DNA of 64,000 nt. It comes from Planctomycetota bacterium. GTDB taxonomy: Bacteria > Planctomycetota > Brocadiia > JAADGH01. Positions within the stretch are counted from its first letter, which is position 1. Each line of letters begins with the position of its first letter. The notes under the pieces were generated by a model that made no database searches, was not told where the DNA came from, and was given only the letters and a program-made list of their open reading frames with translations. This document shows, in pieces, positions 37,029 to 45,732 of this stretch. The stretch covers positions 64,001-128,000 of the forward strand of contig JBFMAD010000008.1 in the NCBI GenBank assembly GCA_040755855.1, written 5' to 3'. Made by a program: the position numbers and the translations under genes.

Positions 37029-38441
37029 ATGCAGGGGTCGCGTCCACGGATGGTCCTGAGCGCCCTCCGGGGCAGCTCGGGCAAGACATTGTTGGCCCTC
37101 GGATTGCTCCGGGCGTGGCGCAATCTCGGTCGCTCGGTCGCGCCGTTCAAGAAGGGGCCGGACTACATTGACCCGGCCTGGCACTCGCTGGCCGCCGGGC
37201 GGGAGTGCCGGAACCTGGATACGTTCCTGATGGGGCGCGACGGGGCGGCGCAGTCCTTCATCCGGCATAGCGAGCCTGCCGCGCTGACGATCATCGAGGG
37301 CAACCGGGGGATCTTCGACGGCGTGGACGCCGAGGGGACGCACAGCACGGCGGAACTGGCCAAGCTGCTCGGCGCGCCGGTGGTCCTGGTCGCCGACTGC
37401 AGCAAGGTCACCCGAACCCTCGCGGCGATGATACGGGGGTGTCGTGATTTCGACCCCGAGATCGCCATCCGAGGAGTCATCCTGAACCAGGTCGCGGGCG
37501 GACGGCATGAGCGAATCCTGCGGACAACCGTCGAGCGCTACGCCGGCGTCCCGGTTCTGGGCGCTGTCCCGCGGGTGAGGGATGGGACGTTTCCCGAGCG
37601 GCACCTGGGTCTGCTCCCGCCGCAGGAACATCCCGACGCGGAGGCCGCCATCGAGGCCGCGGCGGCGATTGTGGCCCGCCATGTGGACTTAGACAGGCTC
37701 AGTGATATTGCGTGCAGCGCTCCACCGATGGAGTCGCCTGACATGCAGGCGGACGACGTTCCTGCCGAGCAGGGCGACCGGCCCCGCGTCGGCGTGGCGC
37801 GGGACTCCGCCTTCGGGTTTTATTACCCGGAGAACTTGGAGGCCCTCGCCGCAGCGGGGGCGGAGATGGTGATGGTGAGTCCTCTCAAGGACCGGGAGCT
37901 GCCGCCGCTCGATGCGCTGTACATCGGCGGGGGCTTCCCTGAGACCCATGCCGAGGCGCTCGCGGCGAACACCGGGTTCCGACAGGGCCTGATGGACGCC
38001 GTGGAGGACGGCCTGCCGGTGTATGCCGAGTGCGGGGGGCTGATGTACCTGGGGGAGCGTCTGGAGGCGAACGGCAGGACGTATCCGATGGTGGGCGCAT
38101 TGCCGGTCCGGTTTGGCGTCGAGGAGCAGATGCAGGGGCACGGCTACACGCGGCTGGAGGTGTCGGGCGAGAACCCCTACTTCCCCGTCGGGCGGGAACT
38201 GGCGGGGCATGAGTTCCACTACTCGCGCCCGTTGGAGTGGAAAGAGGGGGCGTTCGACCTGGTGTTTTCAGTAAAGCGCGGGCGGGGGTTCGACGCGAAG
38301 AAGGACGGCTTGTGTTACAGGAACGTCCTTGCGACGTACACCCATATCCATGCCTGCGGGACGCCGGATTGGGCGCCGGCGGTGGCGGCGCGCGCCCGCG
38401 AGCGGATGGGCGAGCGGTCGGTTGTGCGAGCCGTTTCTTGA
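37029..38441 (+). CDS. dsrN: Siroheme amidase / cobyrinate a,c-diamide synthase homologue
   Basis: SALRGSSGKT; PFKKGPDYID; IEGNRGIFDG; FPERHLGL; YAECGGLMYL; position in dsr cluster. Confidence 0.9.
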   Translation: MQGSRPRMVLSALRGSSGKTLLALGLLRAWRNLGRSVAPFKKGPDYIDPAWHSLAAGRECRNLDTFLMGRDGAAQSFIRHSEPAALTIIEGNRGIFDGVDAEGTHSTAELAKLLGAPVVLVADCSKVTRTLAAMIRGCRDFDPEIAIRGVILNQVAGGRHERILRTTVERYAGVPVLGAVPRVRDGTFPERHLGLLPPQEHPDAEAAIEAAAAIVARHVDLDRLSDIACSAPPMESPDMQADDVPAEQGDRPRVGVARDSAFGFYYPENLEALAAAGAEMVMVSPLKDRELPPLDALYIGGGFPETHAEALAANTGFRQGLMDAVEDGLPVYAECGGLMYLGERLEANGRTYPMVGALPVRFGVEEQMQGHGYTRLEVSGENPYFPVGRELAGHEFHYSRPLEWKEGAFDLVFSVKRGRGFDAKKDGLCYRNVLATYTHIHACGTPDWAPAVAARARERMGERSVVRAVS

Positions 38442-38492
38442 TAGAGACGAGAAGGCTTGGGGGTAGGACCTCAGTGACAGGGGATCGCGCGC

Positions 38493-38581
38493 GTCATGCT
38501 GAGCGAAGCGAAGCATCTCGACCCTTCGCAACGCTGAGATTCTTCCCCCGCCTTTGGCGGGGTCAGAATGACCTTCAGGAA
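38493..38581. repeat. REP-like element, family A, between dsrN and dsrC
   Basis: Reverse-complement relative of 1417-1507. Confidence 0.85.
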
Positions 38582-38647
38582 TGGATATGTCCCCCCGTGA
38601 CTGAGGCAGTACACTTGGAGGTCGTTTTCATTTGACAGGAGGAAAGG

Positions 38648-38965
38648 ATGGCTATCGTAGAACTGGGCGGCAAGCAGTGCGAGATTGACGAAGACGGATT
38701 CATTCAGGACCCCAACCTGTGGGACGAGGCGGTGGCGAAGGCGCTGGCGAAGACTGAGCACGTGGAGGAGATGTCGGAGGATCACTGGAAGCTGGTGAAT
38801 TACATTCGCGAGTACTACATCGAGTTCGGCATCGCCCCGATGATCCGAAAGCTCTGCAAGGAAACGGGCTTCAAGCTGAAGTATATCTACGAGATGTTCC
38901 CCAGCGGCCCGGCGAAGGGCGCGTGCAAGGTGGCCGGCCTGCCGAAGCCGACAGGCTGCGTGTGA
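38648..38965 (+). CDS. dsrC: DsrC sulfur-carrier protein
   Basis: DEDGFI; IAPMIRKL; C-terminal FPSGPAKGACKVAGLPKPTGCV with both Cys (CX10C). Confidence 0.97.
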   Translation: MAIVELGGKQCEIDEDGFIQDPNLWDEAVAKALAKTEHVEEMSEDHWKLVNYIREYYIEFGIAPMIRKLCKETGFKLKYIYEMFPSGPAKGACKVAGLPKPTGCV

Positions 38966-38971
38966 TCGCTG

Positions 38972-39364
38972 ATGCAGCTCGTCAGCGTTGAGCACAAGGA
39001 TGGGGTTCAGTTCTCCGTGCGGATCGGGAAGCACGCCCTGACGATTGACCACCCGGCGGACGAGGGCGGGCAGGACGGCGGACCTTCGCCGCCGGAGCTG
39101 CTGGTCGCCGCGCTGGGCGGGTGCATGGGGTACTACATGGCGCGATACTGCCAGACGATCCACCAGGAGTGCAAGGGGTTGTGCATTGACCTCGTGCCCG
39201 AACTGAGCGAGGACGGGAAGCGCGTCCAGCGGATCACGATTGATGTGACCCCGCCGGACGGCTTCCCGGCGGAGCGCGTGAAGGCCCTGCTCCGCGCCGC
39301 CGACCAATGCGTCGTGCACAACACGCTGCGGCAGGCGCCGGAGATTGACATCGAGGTGGTGTAA
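38972..39364 (+). CDS. OsmC-family protein
   Basis: DHPADEGGQDGGPSPPELLVAALGGC...CVVHNTL. Confidence 0.85.
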   Translation: MQLVSVEHKDGVQFSVRIGKHALTIDHPADEGGQDGGPSPPELLVAALGGCMGYYMARYCQTIHQECKGLCIDLVPELSEDGKRVQRITIDVTPPDGFPAERVKALLRAADQCVVHNTLRQAPEIDIEVV

Positions 39365-39365
39365 G

Positions 39366-39701
39366 ATGAGAATTAAGAAAGTCCCCAAGAGCATCGTGCC
39401 GATCCTCAGGGAGTTGAAGAAGAGGCTGCGGAGACTTTACGGCAACAGACTGAAGAACGTCGTGTTGCATGGGTCATACGCGCGGGGGGACTTCACAAGT
39501 GGCTCCGACATCGATGTCATTGTCGTGCTTGACGGATTGAGAAGCACCTGCCAGGAGATTAGCCGATGTTCGGATGCGCTCGGAGATTTGGAACTCGAAT
39601 TCGATGCTTTGATTTCCATCCTTCCGATTGATGCGGAGGACTTCGAGAAGAGAGAACTGCCGGTTCTTCTCACTGCAAGAAAAGAGGGCATCTCTGTTTG
39701 A
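39366..39701 (+). CDS. Minimal nucleotidyltransferase (MNT) antitoxin-like protein
   Basis: LHGSYARGDFTSGSDIDV (GSx10DxD). Confidence 0.9.
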   Translation: MRIKKVPKSIVPILRELKKRLRRLYGNRLKNVVLHGSYARGDFTSGSDIDVIVVLDGLRSTCQEISRCSDALGDLELEFDALISILPIDAEDFEKRELPVLLTARKEGISV

Positions 39702-40108
39702 CACGGCAAAGCCACATCGCTGATTTGCTGGCAAAAGCAAGCAAGAGCCTTCGGGCTGCTGAGATCCTGCTGAAAGAGGATCTTCCTGACTTTGCGGCGA
39801 GCAGGGTATACTATTCGATGTTTTATGCCGTAGAGGCCCTGTTGTTGACCAAGGGGTTATCTTTCTCAAAACACGCGGGAGTGGTAAGCGCGTTTGGAAA
39901 GGAATTCGTTAAGACCGGCGAATTTCACCCGGAATTGCATCGGCAGCTTCGTGATGCCTTCCGATGGAGGCAGGCGGGAGACTATAGCGCCACGCCGGTG
40001 GTGACGAAGAAGGTGGCGCATCGGTTGATCGCACAAGCGAGCGAATTCATTCAGGCTATTGAAAAATACCTTAAACAACAGGGGCAAATGGGCGGGAAAA
40101 GCACTTGA
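39698..40108 (+). CDS. HEPN-domain protein
   Basis: SRVYYSMFYAV.ALL; KHAGVVSAFG; RQAGDY; overlaps the MNT stop. Confidence 0.9.
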   Translation: MTRQSHIADLLAKASKSLRAAEILLKEDLPDFAASRVYYSMFYAVEALLLTKGLSFSKHAGVVSAFGKEFVKTGEFHPELHRQLRDAFRWRQAGDYSATPVVTKKVAHRLIAQASEFIQAIEKYLKQQGQMGGKST

Positions 40109-40136
40109 TGAAGATGGCGACCATTTGACCCGCAAG

Positions 40137-40661
40137 ATGATGATGCTGAAGAGTCTGCTGAACGAAAAGAAATCGTCCATTGTGGATAGATGGCTGGGCC
40201 ATATCCGGGCGACCTATGCCCCGGAGACTGCTGCGTTCCTCAACGGGAACAAGGACCGGTTCGCCAATCCCGTGGGCCACGCCCTGCGCACCGGGACGGC
40301 GGCGATCTTTGACGACCTGCTCAATGGCATGGACCCCGAGGCAGTTTGTCGGCATTTAGAGGGCATCATCAAGATCAGGGCCGTGCAGGACTTCACCCCC
40401 TCCCAGGCGGTCTCATTTGTCTTTCTCTTGAAGAAGGCCGTTCGGGCGGAGCTGGGGGAGGAGGCGGAGAGTTCACGCCTCGCCGCCGAGCTGACAGAAT
40501 TCGATGCGCAGGTTGACCAGGTCGCCCTGTTCGCATTCGACATTTTCGCGCGGTGCCGCGAGCAGGTGTATGCGCTACGGGTGAACGAGGCAAACCGAAG
40601 CGTCGCCGCCGTGATGAAGCGATTCAACTGCGCCGGTGATCCGCGAGGTGGCGGCCTGTGA
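40137..40661 (+). CDS. dsrT: DsrT (RsbRD N-terminal domain protein)
   Basis: DRFANPVG; IIKIRAVQDFTPSQAVSFVF.LK; CREQVYALRVNE; directly upstream of dsrM. Confidence 0.9.
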   Translation: MMMLKSLLNEKKSSIVDRWLGHIRATYAPETAAFLNGNKDRFANPVGHALRTGTAAIFDDLLNGMDPEAVCRHLEGIIKIRAVQDFTPSQAVSFVFLLKKAVRAELGEEAESSRLAAELTEFDAQVDQVALFAFDIFARCREQVYALRVNEANRSVAAVMKRFNCAGDPRGGGL

Positions 40662-41656
40662 ACGTCCTGATCTCCCTTGCCACAGTTGTGGTTCTCTTCC
40701 TGGCGGGACTGGTCGGCGCCGTTGTGGGACTCCAGGCGGTCTTTGGGATCGTCATCCCCTACCTCGCCGTCGCCCTCTTCCTCGGCGGCCTCGTCTATCA
40801 AGTGATGAAGTGGGCGGACATCCCCGTCCCCTTCCGCATCCCCACCACTTGCGGCCAGGCGAAATCGCTTCCGTGGATCAAGCGGTCGAGGCTGGAGAGT
40901 CCCTTTACCGCCCTCGATGTCGCGGGAAGGATGTTCCTCGAGGTGCTCGCCTTCCGTTCGCTTTTGCGAAATACCAGGGCCGAGCTACGTGAGGACGGCA
41001 GGCCGGTGTATGGAACCGCCCTCGGCCTCTGGGCGGGGGCGCTGGCGTTCCACTGGACAATGCTGGCCATCCTGGTCAGGCACCTCCGGTTCTTCACGCA
41101 GCCGGTCCCCTTCTTCATCACCTTTCTCCAAGAGGCGGACGGGGTCCTCGAGGTCGGCGCGCCGGTCTTCTTTGTCACATCGTTTGTCTTTCTCGCGGCG
41201 CTGGCCTACCTGCTCGCGCGCAGGCTGACTATCCCGCAGGTCCGCTACATCTCCCTGGCGAACGACTACTTCCCCCTGTTCCTCCTCCTCGGCATCGGCG
41301 TCAGCGGCGTGTGGCTGCGTCACCTGACCAAGACGGATATCACCGAGGTCAAGGAACTCGTCGTGGGGCTGGCGACGTTCCGGCCCTCGTTGATGGCGGC
41401 GAAGGGGATCGCGTCGCTGTTCTATGGACATCTCTTTCTCGTGTGCGTCCTGCTGGCATATTTCCCGTTCAGCAAGCTGCTCCACGCCCCCGGCGTGTTC
41501 CTCAGCCCGACGCGCAACCTGGCCAACAACAACCGCGCGGTCCGGCACGTGAACCCGTGGGACTACCCCGTCAAGACCCATTCCTATGCGGAATACGAGG
41601 ACGAATGGCGGGACAAGATGAAGGTAGCCGGCGTCCCGGTTGATAAGGACAAGTGA
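40658..41656 (+). CDS. dsrM: DsrM membrane b-type cytochrome
   Basis: PVPFRIPTTCGQ.KSLPWI; FRSLLRNT; FHW..RHLR; YFPFSKLLH; LSPTRNLANN. Confidence 0.95.
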   Translation: MNVLISLATVVVLFLAGLVGAVVGLQAVFGIVIPYLAVALFLGGLVYQVMKWADIPVPFRIPTTCGQAKSLPWIKRSRLESPFTALDVAGRMFLEVLAFRSLLRNTRAELREDGRPVYGTALGLWAGALAFHWTMLAILVRHLRFFTQPVPFFITFLQEADGVLEVGAPVFFVTSFVFLAALAYLLARRLTIPQVRYISLANDYFPLFLLLGIGVSGVWLRHLTKTDITEVKELVVGLATFRPSLMAAKGIASLFYGHLFLVCVLLAYFPFSKLLHAPGVFLSPTRNLANNNRAVRHVNPWDYPVKTHSYAEYEDEWRDKMKVAGVPVDKDK

Positions 41657-43311
41657 TGGCGAAGCCCGACGAACCAGGATACTACAAGCGGGAGGACCTC
41701 CTGAACGTGGACTACCATCCGCCGAAGACCGGCTGGATGGAGACGCCCGTGGACTTCCGGCCCGGCAGCTTCTGCTACCCTGGAAAGGCCAAGAACCTGA
41801 AGGTCCTCGACCTGCCGAACCCCAGGGAATGGGCCGTAACCGACGAGGACTGGAAGCTTCCCGACAACTGGAAGCAGCTCGTCCTCGAGGGCATGGCCGA
41901 GCGCCTGAAGAAATACCGCTCCTTCCAGCTCTTCATGGATACCTGCGTCCGGTGCGGCGCCTGCGCCGACAAGTGCCACTTCTTCATCGGCGGCGGCGAC
42001 CCGAAGAACATGCCCGTCCTCCGCGCCGAGCTATTGCGCTCGATCTACCGGAACGACTTCACCGCCCTGGGCAAGGTCTTCGGCAAGCTGGCAGGAGCGC
42101 GGGAGCTTACCGGCGATGTCATCAAGGAGTGGTTCTACTACTTCTTCCAGTGCACCGAGTGCCGGCGCTGTTCCGTCTTCTGCCCCTACGGCATAGATAC
42201 CGCCGAGGTCACCATGATGGCCCGCGAGCTCCTGGGGCTGCTCGGCATCTACATCAACTGGGTCATCGAGCCTGTGGCCAACTGCTACATGTTCGGGAAC
42301 CATCTGGCAATCCCCCCGCACGCGCTGATGGACACCCTGGAATTTATGACGGACGACATCGAGGAAGCCACGGGGATCAAGGTAGATATCCCCATGAACA
42401 AGAAGGGTGCCGAGGTCCTGTTCGTCGTCCCCTCGGGCGACTTCATCGCCGACCCCGGCATCTACACCTGCATGGGCTACATGCTCCTCCTCCACGATCT
42501 GGGAATTGACTATACTTGGAGCACCTACGCCTCGGAGGGCGGGAACTTCGGACTGTTCACCTCGCACGAGATGATCAAGCGCCTGAACGCCAAGATCTAC
42601 GCCGAGGCGAAGCGGCTGGGGGTCAAGTGGATCCTCGGCGGGGAATGCGGCCACATGTGGCGGGTGCTGCATCAATACATGGACACCGTGAACGGCCCGG
42701 CGGACTTCCTCGAAGTCCCGAAATCCCCCGTCACGGGTACGGTGTTCGAGAATGCAAAATCTACGAAGATGGTTCATATCATGGAATTCATCGCCGACGT
42801 GATCCATCACGGCAAGCTAAAACTAGATCCCAGCCGGAACGACCACATCCGCGTCACCTACCACGACTCCTGCAACCCCGCGCGGGCGATGGGCATCTAC
42901 GAGGAACCGAGGTATGTAATCAAGAGCGTGTGCAACCACTTCTTCGAGATGCCGGAGAACACGATTCGGGAGCAGACCTTCTGCTGCGGCGGCGGGGCCG
43001 GCCTGGGCACCGACGAGAACATGGAGATGCGCCTGCGCGGCGGGCTGCCCAGGGGGGCGGCGGTGAAGTACGTCCAGGAGAAGCACGGCGTGAACCAGCT
43101 CGCCTGCATGTGCGCCATTGACCGGGCCACGCTCGTCACCGTGTGCGACTACTGGTCCCCCGGCGTGAAGGTGACGGGCATCACGGAACTGGTCGCCAAC
43201 GCGATGGTGCTCAAGGGCGAGAAGAAGCGGACGCAGAACCTCCGCCTCGAGCCGATCCCAGGCATGGAAGAAGAGGGGGAGGAGGAAGGAGGCAAGCGCG
43301 ATGAAGGATAA
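41656..43311 (+). CDS. dsrK: DsrK Fe-S protein (HdrD-like)
   Basis: CVRCGACADKC; CTECRRCSVFC; GECGH; HDSCN; CCGGG. Confidence 0.96.
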   Translation: MAKPDEPGYYKREDLLNVDYHPPKTGWMETPVDFRPGSFCYPGKAKNLKVLDLPNPREWAVTDEDWKLPDNWKQLVLEGMAERLKKYRSFQLFMDTCVRCGACADKCHFFIGGGDPKNMPVLRAELLRSIYRNDFTALGKVFGKLAGARELTGDVIKEWFYYFFQCTECRRCSVFCPYGIDTAEVTMMARELLGLLGIYINWVIEPVANCYMFGNHLAIPPHALMDTLEFMTDDIEEATGIKVDIPMNKKGAEVLFVVPSGDFIADPGIYTCMGYMLLLHDLGIDYTWSTYASEGGNFGLFTSHEMIKRLNAKIYAEAKRLGVKWILGGECGHMWRVLHQYMDTVNGPADFLEVPKSPVTGTVFENAKSTKMVHIMEFIADVIHHGKLKLDPSRNDHIRVTYHDSCNPARAMGIYEEPRYVIKSVCNHFFEMPENTIREQTFCCGGGAGLGTDENMEMRLRGGLPRGAAVKYVQEKHGVNQLACMCAIDRATLVTVCDYWSPGVKVTGITELVANAMVLKGEKKRTQNLRLEPIPGMEEEGEEEGGKRDEG

Positions 43312-43684
43312 GCCCGTCATCATCGCCGGCTTGGTCGTCTTCCTCGCCGCGGCGACGTTCCCCGTCTGGTACAACCCGGCGACCGGAGGGACCGGCCCGC
43401 GTCCCCGGCCGGAACCGCCTGCCGGAGAGACCAAGTGCGTCGAGGACAAGGCATACATGACGGCGAACCACATGAAGCTGCTCCACGAGTGGCGGGAGAC
43501 CGTCGTCCGCGAGGGAGGCCGGTTCTACACCTCTCACGCCTCCGGCGAGCAGCACGAGATGAGCCTCGTCAGGACGTGCCTGAGATGCCACGCCAACAAG
43601 GAGACCTTCTGCGACCGGTGCCACAACTACGTGGACGTGCACCCTCGCTGCTGGGATTGCCACGTGGCCCCGGAGGGGAAGTGA
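43301..43684 (+). CDS. dsrJ: DsrJ triheme cytochrome c
   Basis: FPVWYN; CVE...M.ANHM.LL.EWR..VVR; CLRCH, CDRCH, CWDCH. Confidence 0.95.
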   Translation: MKDKPVIIAGLVVFLAAATFPVWYNPATGGTGPRPRPEPPAGETKCVEDKAYMTANHMKLLHEWRETVVREGGRFYTSHASGEQHEMSLVRTCLRCHANKETFCDRCHNYVDVHPRCWDCHVAPEGK

Positions 43685-43687
43685 ACG

Positions 43688-44464
43688 ATGGATAAGCGCA
43701 GACGAAATCTCTTGAGGACAATCGGATGTGCGGTAGGCGGGCTGGGGTGCGGGTTGCCGATCCTGAGCGCCATAGCGTCGGGCGAAAAAAAATCAAGCGC
43801 GACTAAGCAATTGGCCATGGTCATTGATATCCGCAAGTGCCTGAACGAAGAGCTGCGCCGCGCCTGCGCGACGGCCTGCCATCGGGAGCACAATGTCCCC
43901 GAGATCCCCGATCCCGAGGAAGAGGTCAAGTGGATCTGGAGCGAGAACTACGAGAACGCCTTCCCCGACCACGCCCACGAACGGCTCACGGATGCGTTGA
44001 AGGGCAAGCCGGTCCTGGTGCTCTGCAACCACTGCACCCATCCGGCCTGCGTGAAGGTCTGCCCGACGCAGGCGACATGGAAGCGGGAATCGGACGGCAT
44101 CGTGATGATGGACATGCACCGGTGCATCGGCTGCCGTTACTGCATGGCCGCCTGTCCCTATGGGGCGCGCAGCTTCAACTGGAGGAACCCGCGCCCGTTC
44201 ACCCGCGGCGCTATCCGGCCCGACTATCCCACGCGCACGAAGGGCGTGGTGGAGAAGTGCGACTTCTGCGTGGAAAGGCTCCGGGACGGCCGCCAGCCCG
44301 CGTGCGTAGAGGCGTCAAGAGAAATTTCGGGAGACGAAGGTGCGCTGACCTTCGGCAACCTGGCGGACCCAAACTCGGATGTGTCCCGAATCCTTCGGGA
44401 GAGGCATGCCATTTGTCGGCGGGTCCATCTCGGGACCGGACCCAACGTTTACTACATCGTGTGA
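43688..44464 (+). CDS. dsrO: DsrO periplasmic Fe-S protein
   Basis: Tat-like KRRRNLL; CNHCTHPACVKVCP; CIGCRYCMAACP; CDFC. Confidence 0.95.
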   Translation: MDKRRRNLLRTIGCAVGGLGCGLPILSAIASGEKKSSATKQLAMVIDIRKCLNEELRRACATACHREHNVPEIPDPEEEVKWIWSENYENAFPDHAHERLTDALKGKPVLVLCNHCTHPACVKVCPTQATWKRESDGIVMMDMHRCIGCRYCMAACPYGARSFNWRNPRPFTRGAIRPDYPTRTKGVVEKCDFCVERLRDGRQPACVEASREISGDEGALTFGNLADPNSDVSRILRERHAICRRVHLGTGPNVYYIV

Positions 44465-44471
44465 GGCCGTC

Positions 44472-45638
44472 ATGCTGGAAAAGGCATTTCAAGGAGGCAA
44501 GCGATATTGGACGCTGCTCGCGTTGTGGGGGCTGCTCATCGCAGTCGGGCTCGCCGCCTACAGCCGCCAGATGACCGAGGGGCTTGCCGTGACGGGGCTG
44601 AGCCGCGACGTATCGTGGGGCCTCTACATCGCGCAGTTCACCTTCCTGGTCGGCGTGGCCGCCTCGGCGGTGATGGTGGTCCTGCCCTGCTACCTGCACG
44701 ATGTCAAGGCGTTCAAGCGCATGGTAATCCTCGGCGAGGCCCTGGCCGTGGCGGCCGTGCTGATGTGCATGCTCTTTATCTTCGTGGACCTCGGCCAACC
44801 ACGGCGCGTGATGAATGTCATGCTGCATCCCTCCCCCAACTCCGTCATGTTCTGGGACATGGTGGCGCTGTCGGGGTATTTGATGCTGAACCTGGTCATC
44901 GGCTGCGTTACCTTCGAGGCGGAGCGGAAGGGGACGCCGCCGCCGAAGTGGGTCAAGCCCCTCATCTTTCTCTCGATCCCGTGGGCGGTGAGCATCCATA
45001 CGGTGACGGCCTTCATTTTCGCCGGGCTGTCGGCGCGGCCCTTCTGGATGTCGGCTATTCTCGCACCGCGCTTTCTCGCCTCGGCGTTCGCGTCCGGCCC
45101 GGCTCTCCTGATCCTACTCGCCCTGATCCTGCGGAGGCTCACGAAGTTCGATCCAGGCCGGGAGGCCATCCAGAAGCTTGCCGTCATCGTCACCTACGCC
45201 CTGCTGATCAACCTGTTCTTCGTGCTCTCGGAACTGTTCACGGCGCACTACAGCAACATGCCGCACCACACCCATCATTTCGAGTACCTGTATGCCGGCC
45301 TCGGCGAGAATAAGGCGCTGGTCCCTTGGATGTGGGCGTCGGCCGTCCTTACCGTCGCGTGCGCGGCGTTGCTCCTTTTCCCATTCATTCGCCGGCGCGA
45401 AACTCCCCTTGCGTTGGTCTGCATCGCGGTGATCGTCGCCATCTGGATCGAGAAGGGCATGGGGCTGGTGGTTGCCGGGTTCATCCCTTCGCCCCTGGGC
45501 AAGATCACCGAGTATACGCCGACGGCGATTGAGGTCGCGATCACCGTGGGGGTCTACGCCATCGGCTTCCTCGTTCTGACGGTCCTATACAAGATCGTGG
45601 TCGGCGTGAGAGAGCGCATCGAGACCGCCGGCGGATGA
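44472..45638 (+). CDS. dsrP: DsrP NrfD/PsrC-family membrane subunit
   Basis: MLEKA; TGLSRDVSWGLYIAQFTFLVGVAAS; SIPWAVSIHTVTAF; APRFLASAF. Confidence 0.95.
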   Translation: MLEKAFQGGKRYWTLLALWGLLIAVGLAAYSRQMTEGLAVTGLSRDVSWGLYIAQFTFLVGVAASAVMVVLPCYLHDVKAFKRMVILGEALAVAAVLMCMLFIFVDLGQPRRVMNVMLHPSPNSVMFWDMVALSGYLMLNLVIGCVTFEAERKGTPPPKWVKPLIFLSIPWAVSIHTVTAFIFAGLSARPFWMSAILAPRFLASAFASGPALLILLALILRRLTKFDPGREAIQKLAVIVTYALLINLFFVLSELFTAHYSNMPHHTHHFEYLYAGLGENKALVPWMWASAVLTVACAALLLFPFIRRRETPLALVCIAVIVAIWIEKGMGLVVAGFIPSPLGKITEYTPTAIEVAITVGVYAIGFLVLTVLYKIVVGVRERIETAGG

Positions 45639-45659
45639 AGCGCGGACGCAACACGCCGG

Positions 45660-45689
45660 TTGACAACGGCCCCCTCCCTGCGGTATCAT
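45660..45689 (+). promoter_or_regulatory. Putative sigma70 promoter for the TPR-ExbBD operon
   Basis: TTGACA-N18-TATCAT. Confidence 0.6.
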
Positions 45690-45732
45690 CGTCTTTACGA
45701 TGAATGGTATTTCGCCCGCTTCGGGTATCCGT

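Noticed and set aside
37029..38441. cbiA/cobB as part of a cobalamin operon
   Set aside because: No other cob/cbi genes are nearby; its position between dsrB and dsrC indicates dsrN.
38648..38965. TusE (tRNA thiolation) instead of DsrC
   Set aside because: Both C-terminal Cys are present, it lies in a dsr cluster, and no tusBCD genes are adjacent.
34296..45700. dsr cluster as an intact mobile island
   Set aside because: No integrase, transposase, tRNA or flanking direct repeats; the dsr genes look host-like in GC.
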